A DNA stretch of 64,000 bases from Patescibacteria group bacterium (GTDB lineage: Bacteria; Patescibacteriota; Microgenomatia; UBA1400; PJMF01). Numbering within the stretch: position 1 is the stretch's first letter; each line of letters starts with the position of its first letter. The notes below the pieces were generated by a model. The model did not search any database and was not told where the DNA came from. It was given only the letters and a program-made list of their open reading frames with translations. The stretch is from positions 80,814 through 144,813 of the forward strand of contig JBGTEY010000013.1 of NCBI GenBank assembly GCA_041747555.1, read 5' to 3'. Position numbers and translations under genes: made by a program. Positions 58,859 to 64,000 of the stretch are shown piece by piece.

Positions 58859-59334
58859 TGCACTCAAAACAATTTCAAATCAACCAACTTCGCATGAAAA
58901 ACATGCAGAAAGTTATCGAATCACTTATGGTGCTCGTTCTCGCTATATTCGTGACTGCACTTCTCCCCTCAATTTTGGTTCAGTTTTTACTCACAGGTGC
59001 AACAAATCCGTTTGAGCAACCTGCAGCACTTCAGTATATTCCGGTAGCGAGTTTTGCATTTGCCATCGGCTACTTAGCACTCGTTATTCTTGGCAACTGG
59101 TCAAGAGAAAAAATGATTGCAAAATTAGAGTCTGAAATGCTCGAGTCCGATTGCGCTTGTGGAGGTACTTGCGGTGGAGACTGTGGCGGTCATGATTTGC
59201 CACCAGTAACCGAAGCTGAACTCGAAGAGCTTGAAGGAATAGTAGAGCAAGCACTCAAAAAGTCTAACTCTTCCAAAAAATCTTCTTCAAGCAAAAGAAC
59301 TTCTACTTCGAAAAGAGCAAGCAAAAAGAAGTAA
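58855..59334 (+). CDS. Hypothetical 2-TM membrane protein with Cys-rich motif and basic tail
   Basis: Two hydrophobic helices, CACGGTCGGDCGGH, acidic stretch, K/S-rich C-terminus; ATGA-coupled to the upstream GT2. Confidence 0.75.
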   Translation: MMHSKQFQINQLRMKNMQKVIESLMVLVLAIFVTALLPSILVQFLLTGATNPFEQPAALQYIPVASFAFAIGYLALVILGNWSREKMIAKLESEMLESDCACGGTCGGDCGGHDLPPVTEAELEELEGIVEQALKKSNSSKKSSSSKRTSTSKRASKKK

Positions 59335-59373
59335 TTCGAATTAAGGTACAAAACGCAAGTTAGAAAACAAAGT

Positions 59374-60462
59374 ATGCGGATTGGGATCGATTGCCGCCTA
59401 TCCGGTGTCTCACACGCTGGGATAGGTCGGTACATTGAAAACCTAATCCGCGAACTTGTCGCGAGTGAGTCTCCACATAACTTCATTTTATTTTTTTCCT
59501 CCCGAGAGCAGGTTCGCGAGGCCTTTGGTGAAACGATTCCAAAATCGATAGAAGTCGTCTTCGCGCCCATTCGACATTACACCCTAAAAGAACAATTCCT
59601 ATTGCCACAAATTTTTCTGCGAGAAAACCTTGATCTGCTGCATGTTCCACATTTTAATATTCCTATTTTTTATCCTAAAAGGATACTTGTAACCATTCAC
59701 GATTTGCTCTGGCATGAAATCAGGGGAAGTCAAGTCACGACGTTACCGCCTTGGCAGTATTGGACAAAATACATCTTTTATCATCTGGTTACAAGAATCG
59801 CAATTCATCGATCTAAAATTATTTTGGTGCCAGCAAATACAATTCGAAATACAATAGATTCATACTACCCGGGCACGCGCCAAAAGATTTTTGTAACAAC
59901 AGAAGGCGCTGATTTGAGAATCAAGAAAAGTGATAGTTCGCGTTCAAAAAGAAAAAAAGATCAGCTATTGTATGTCGGGTCACTGTATCCACATAAAAAT
60001 GTTGAAATTATTTTACAGGCACTTAAATCACTACCAGACCATCGATTAGTGATCGTCGGAGCTAGGAACGCATTTCGTGATGCACTTGAAAAAAGAGTCA
60101 AAGACGAACATCTAGAAGATGTCGTGCAGTTTGCTGGATATGTTTCTGATAGCCAGCTTGCCAAACTATATCAGGAATCTCGGGCACTGATCCAGCCATC
60201 ACTTTCTGAAGGATTTGGCTTGACCGGTCTCGAAGCACTGCAACTTGGAACGCCTGTCATTGCATCTGACATTCCAATTTTTCATGAAATATATCAGGAT
60301 TTAGCTCTGTACTTTGACCCTCATGATCCAGCAGCGCTCGTCGGTGCATTACGCGCTCCAACTCCACAGGTTGATGAAGTTCACAAAAAAGAAGTGCTTA
60401 ATCAGTACTCCTGGAAAAAAATGGCACAAAAAACGCTTTCTGCATATGAATCCGCTTTCTAA
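59374..60462 (+). CDS. GT4 glycosyltransferase (MtfB-like)
   Basis: AGIGRY, HVPHFN, VTIHD, YPHKN, SEGFGLTGLEA. Confidence 0.92.
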   Translation: MRIGIDCRLSGVSHAGIGRYIENLIRELVASESPHNFILFFSSREQVREAFGETIPKSIEVVFAPIRHYTLKEQFLLPQIFLRENLDLLHVPHFNIPIFYPKRILVTIHDLLWHEIRGSQVTTLPPWQYWTKYIFYHLVTRIAIHRSKIILVPANTIRNTIDSYYPGTRQKIFVTTEGADLRIKKSDSSRSKRKKDQLLYVGSLYPHKNVEIILQALKSLPDHRLVIVGARNAFRDALEKRVKDEHLEDVVQFAGYVSDSQLAKLYQESRALIQPSLSEGFGLTGLEALQLGTPVIASDIPIFHEIYQDLALYFDPHDPAALVGALRAPTPQVDEVHKKEVLNQYSWKKMAQKTLSAYESAF

Positions 60463-61654
60463 AAAAATTGATTCACCCAAAATCGCACTGGTATACGATT
60501 GGCTAACCACCGCTCATGGCGGAGCGGAGCAAGTCATTAATCTCTTGCATACTGCCTTTCCCAAAGCTCCTATTTTTACAACTATTCATAACCCTCGGCA
60601 AACACCTTGGACAGCTACAATGCATATAAAGACTTCGTGGCTGCAACATGTGCCTTTTTCACGAAGGTTTCATCATATTTTGAGTCCGTTGATGCCAATG
60701 GCGATTGAAGCACTCGAACTAGATGAATTTGATATTGTAATTAGCATAACAAGCTCAGTGGCTAAGGGCGTCATAACCAAACCACATCAACTCCATTTAT
60801 GTTATCTATTGACTCCTACCCGATATATACACCACCCAGAGTCATCGATTGGAAATGAGTTTTCATGGATGAAACTTGGAGTTTTTTCTAAAGCGTTTTC
60901 TGGAATTTTCAGCTATTTGAAACGATGGGATGCTGTTGCAGCAAATCGACCCGATGCAATTTTGCCTATTTCAAACCTTGTAGCTCAAAGAGTAAAGCAA
61001 GTGTATGATCTCGACTCCATGCCTCCGTTGTACCCTGCAATACACCTTGCAACACCTAAGAAAACACTTAAACTACCAAATGACACCGTTCTCAGCATGT
61101 CTCGACTGGTGTCATACAAACACATTGATGCAGGTATTGAAGCGTGTATCAGTCTTGGGTGGAATATGATTATTGCTGGGGAGGGCAGAGCATTTCATCA
61201 ACTGGTGAAAATCGCATCAGATCATGCAATTGTACGCGAAAAAGAGGAAAATCTTGAGAAATTTATTTCTAGGGCACTAAAATCCAAAAAAAGTATACTT
61301 TTTACTAACAACTGCACCGACACCGAACGTCTGCAATTGCTCGATGCAGCAGAATTCGCAGTTACTCCTGGTCTCGAAGATTACGGAATAAGCTCACTCG
61401 AAGCAGTTAGTGCGGGTTGTAAACTGGTGACTAATGCCAAAAGTGGCTCAAGTGAATTACTTGATACCTTACCTGGAGTCAAGTTATTAGATAATCCTAA
61501 CGCAGAGAACATTGTTCTGGCACTCAAAAAACTAAAAACTCAACCTAAGCCAACCATACCTACAAAACTTAAAAAAACACTCAATGTTGATTCATTTCTT
61601 AAAGATTTCTCAAGAATAGTGTATGATACATGGCAGCTGCACCAAAAAGTATGA
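60446..61654 (+). CDS. GT4 glycosyltransferase (WbaZ-like)
   Basis: KIALVYDWL..HGGAE.V, AKG, CYLLTPTRY, SRLVSYK, EDYGISSLEA. Start set to ATG 60446. Confidence 0.88.
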   Translation: MNPLSKKIDSPKIALVYDWLTTAHGGAEQVINLLHTAFPKAPIFTTIHNPRQTPWTATMHIKTSWLQHVPFSRRFHHILSPLMPMAIEALELDEFDIVISITSSVAKGVITKPHQLHLCYLLTPTRYIHHPESSIGNEFSWMKLGVFSKAFSGIFSYLKRWDAVAANRPDAILPISNLVAQRVKQVYDLDSMPPLYPAIHLATPKKTLKLPNDTVLSMSRLVSYKHIDAGIEACISLGWNMIIAGEGRAFHQLVKIASDHAIVREKEENLEKFISRALKSKKSILFTNNCTDTERLQLLDAAEFAVTPGLEDYGISSLEAVSAGCKLVTNAKSGSSELLDTLPGVKLLDNPNAENIVLALKKLKTQPKPTIPTKLKKTLNVDSFLKDFSRIVYDTWQLHQKV

Positions 61655-61660
61655 AAAAAT

Positions 61661-62782
61661 ATGAATGGGAGTAACGCTATGTCATATCTAGATCACACCT
61701 ACGTTGTACTTCTGGCTGGAGGAGGTGGAACTCGTCTTTGGCCAAAGTCAAGAAAAAAAACGCCAAAACAGTTTCTAAAATTGACCAGTAAAGAATCAAT
61801 GATTCAGGTGACCGCAAGTAGAATTACCTCTTTCATTCCTTGGGAGAGAATTATTGTCGTAACCAACCAACTACATGAAGATGAGGTTAAAAAACAACTA
61901 CCTGAACTACCACCATCAAATATCATTGCTGAGCCAGAGAAAAAAGATACTGCGCTTGCCATGCTCGTCGGTGCGCTCTACGCAAAATCACTCGACCCAA
62001 AAGCAATAATCATCAATCAAGCATCAGATCACACTATCACTGACAAGAAAGAATACATTTCTGTTATGAAATCTGCTGCTCAAGTTGCTGATCAGTCAGA
62101 CGTGATTGTGACGGTTGGAATAACTCCGACGTTCCCGTCAAGTGGCCTCGGCTATATAAAAATCGGAGATGAACTCGAATCTGCAACCAAAAAATTACCA
62201 GTTTTTAATGTTGAGAGTTTTACCGAAAAACCAAAAATTGCAACTGCGCGAGCATTCATCTCTACCGGTAAATACTTTTGGAATGCAAATATGTACGTCT
62301 GGTCTGCGACAACAATCGAGAGATCATTTGAGAAACACATGCCAGAAACATATGAGCTTACAAAAGCATTGCCCAGTATGGAACCTTCCAGATTCAAGAA
62401 GGCGCTAGCTGACATATACCAAAAAGCACCAGCAATCTCTATTGACTATGCAATTTCTGAAAAAGCAACCAATTTGGTGCTTATACCGGGCGATTTCGGC
62501 TGGAACGATGTTGGCGACTGGAAAGTCGTGTATGATCTTGGTGTCAAGGATTTGGCAGGTAATGTCATCACCGGTGATGGAGAGCATGTTCACACATTGA
62601 CTATTGATGCGCAGAATAATTTAATACATGCTAACGGCAGACTGATTGCAGTTGTTGGACTAGAAGACATGATCATCGTTGACACAGATGAAATCTTGAT
62701 GATCGTCCCCAAAAACCGAAGTCAGGATGTAAAAAAGTTAGTAAATAGACTCAAAGAAGAACGAAAAACTGATTACTTATAA
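61661..62782 (+). CDS. manC: Mannose-1-phosphate guanylyltransferase
   Basis: LAGGGGTRLWP.SR...PKQFL, EP..KDTA, SDH, FTEKP, WNA, SIDYAI.EK, WNDVGDW. Start may be 61679; no PMI cupin domain. Confidence 0.93.
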   Translation: MNGSNAMSYLDHTYVVLLAGGGGTRLWPKSRKKTPKQFLKLTSKESMIQVTASRITSFIPWERIIVVTNQLHEDEVKKQLPELPPSNIIAEPEKKDTALAMLVGALYAKSLDPKAIIINQASDHTITDKKEYISVMKSAAQVADQSDVIVTVGITPTFPSSGLGYIKIGDELESATKKLPVFNVESFTEKPKIATARAFISTGKYFWNANMYVWSATTIERSFEKHMPETYELTKALPSMEPSRFKKALADIYQKAPAISIDYAISEKATNLVLIPGDFGWNDVGDWKVVYDLGVKDLAGNVITGDGEHVHTLTIDAQNNLIHANGRLIAVVGLEDMIIVDTDEILMIVPKNRSQDVKKLVNRLKEERKTDYL

Positions 62783-62783
62783 C

Positions 62784-62789
62784 TATACT
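62784..62789 (+). promoter_or_regulatory. Putative -10 (TATACT), leaderless start
   Basis: TATACT lies 5 nt before the ATG at 62795. Confidence 0.45.
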
Positions 62790-62794
62790 GCCCC

Positions 62795-63415
62795 ATGACA
62801 TACGCCCAACAAAAGCGAATCCTAGACCTTATCGTGGCTGCAGGCTTGATACTGCTTTTTTCACCTGTCTGGATTATTGTACCAATACTCATTTACTTTG
62901 ATTCAGGATGGCCAATTATCTTCACTCACAAACGCGTGGGAAAGGGTGGAAGCGAATTTAGTTTATATAAATTCCGCTCAATGGTACCTGATGCAGACGA
63001 GATTCTACACAACCGAGACAAAGAATTGCTCGAAAAATTCAAAAAAGGTGACTGGAAAATTAAAAATGATCCTAGAATCACAAAATTAGGAAAGATTCTT
63101 CGCTCTTTGACTATCGATGAATTCCCACAGCTCTACAACGTACTTAAAGGTGAGATGAGCATGGTTGGCCCAAGAGCATACCTTCAAAAAGAGCTCAATG
63201 AACAAACGACTCGCTATCCAAACACAAAAAAATATGTCGAGCAAATTCTCTCAGTCAAACCGGGCATAACTGGTCCATGGCAAACCGGTGGTAGAAACGA
63301 AATTCCATTCACTACCAGAGCAAAAATGGATGCAGCCTACGCTCAAAAACGCACCATCTGGAACGACATCATGATACTTCTGAAAACTCCTCAAGCTATG
63401 ATTTCAAAGTGGTAG
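62795..63415 (+). CDS. Monotopic phosphoglycosyl transferase (Bac_transf; PglC/WbaP C-terminal type priming sugar transferase)
   Basis: KRILD, KFRSM, DPRIT, IDEFPQL.NVLKGEMSMVGPR, KPGITG.WQ. Confidence 0.95.
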   Translation: MTYAQQKRILDLIVAAGLILLFSPVWIIVPILIYFDSGWPIIFTHKRVGKGGSEFSLYKFRSMVPDADEILHNRDKELLEKFKKGDWKIKNDPRITKLGKILRSLTIDEFPQLYNVLKGEMSMVGPRAYLQKELNEQTTRYPNTKKYVEQILSVKPGITGPWQTGGRNEIPFTTRAKMDAAYAQKRTIWNDIMILLKTPQAMISKW

Positions 63416-63429
63416 CTTCTCAGTAATAT

Positions 63430-63438
63430 TGGTATACT
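63430..63438 (+). promoter_or_regulatory. Putative extended -10 (TGGTATACT), leaderless start
   Basis: TGn-TATACT lies 8 nt before the ATG at 63447. Confidence 0.55.
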
Positions 63439-63446
63439 ACTCCAGT

Positions 63447-64000
63447 ATGATTACAGCATCTGCCAACAGCCCAATCGACTCAGATCATGATGATGACGAG
63501 ATTGAGTCATCATCTACACAAGAAACTGCAGCACCTATCGATGAGACCTCAGACAAAGTTGGGGCGCTCTACGCCAATAAGTCGAAAACAAATCCCATAA
63601 AAACAACCAGCAAGATGAAACCTTGGCAGTGGGGGGTCATTATTTTCGTATTACTATTTGTCTTAGTTTCTACTGCAGTTGGCGCGTACACCTATGCCGT
63701 CGGACGTGAACTCGAAGTACATTCACAAGAACTAGAAGTGCTGGGTCGGCAAACCTACGACTCTTTTAAAGCACAAAACTTGCCAGAGGCCGCTGTGCGA
63801 CTCGATGCAGTTGATGTTAAATTTTCTGAAACTCATGCCACGTATCAACGCCTGGCATATATGCAATACATTCCAATTGCGAGAGCCTACTATCTAGATG
63901 GACTCCATGGCTTCAATGCTGGTAGGGCGGGAATTAACGCAGGGAAAAAAGCAATCGATGCCATTCAGCCATATGCAGATGTTCTCGGTTTTACGGGTGA
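63447..64000 (+). CDS. 3'-partial single-TM protein, DUF4012-like (not in supplied ORF track)
   Basis: Open frame to the window end: MITASANSPIDSDHDDDEIE...WGVIIFVLLFVLVSTAVGAY...IPIARAYYLDG...PYADVLGFTG. Acidic disordered N-terminus, one TM, helical ectodomain. The family call is from recall only. Confidence 0.65.
   Translation, partial: MITASANSPIDSDHDDDEIESSSTQETAAPIDETSDKVGALYANKSKTNPIKTTSKMKPWQWGVIIFVLLFVLVSTAVGAYTYAVGRELEVHSQELEVLGRQTYDSFKAQNLPEAAVRLDAVDVKFSETHATYQRLAYMQYIPIARAYYLDGLHGFNAGRAGINAGKKAIDAIQPYADVLGFTG

Noticed and set aside
60314-60445. Extended start for the WbaZ-like GT4
   Set aside because: It overlaps the upstream GT4 by about 150 nt; family similarity begins just after ATG 60446.
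226-63089. Many short alternative-frame and antisense ORFs in the track (e.g. 226..627, 21397..21864, 22041..22439, 28278..28685, 59190..59570)
   Set aside because: They lie within or opposite well-supported genes, have no recognisable motifs and look like shadow ORFs.
1-64000. Alternative genetic code (TGA=Gly) or programmed frameshifts at poly-A/T runs
   Set aside because: Genes are full length under code 11 and often end in TGA within ATGA overlaps; no split gene was seen at homopolymer runs.

Overview
Gene-dense bacterial window (standard code, TGA used as stop) that is almost entirely one very large cell-envelope glycosylation locus, open at both ends. It holds about 57 CDS: about 11 GT2 and 10 GT4 soluble glycosyltransferases, about 9 stand-alone multi-TM GT-C type transferases (ArnT/PMT-like, PIG-V-like, YfhO/PTPS-related), two O-antigen-ligase (Wzy_C)-like proteins, two Wzx-like flippases, a Wzm/Wzt ABC exporter, nucleotide-sugar enzymes (wecB, wecC, manC, GalE-like, UDP-GlcA decarboxylase), four SAM methyltransferases, an acyltransferase and a priming phosphoglycosyl transferase. 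ruvC-ruvA-ruvB sit inside the locus. The gene content and the mostly Shine-Dalgarno-poor, apparently leaderless starts suggest a Patescibacteria (CPR, Microgenomates-like) genome; this is inference only. The most interesting items are: (1) a 1162-aa chimera of a Wzy_C ligase, a shortened copy of the neighbouring GT-C and a degenerate metallophosphoesterase domain; (2) a tandem pair of HprK-like P-loop proteins in a wecBC/methyltransferase/(alpha/alpha)-barrel glycan-tailoring cassette; (3) a NodS-like methyltransferase plus NodB-like deacetylase-GT2 fusion divergent from an ABC-2 exporter; (4) a shared beta-rich module inserted into three adjacent, unrelated glycosyltransferases. I saw no rRNA, tRNA, CRISPR array or transposase. 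All family calls come from motif recognition by eye, not database searches.
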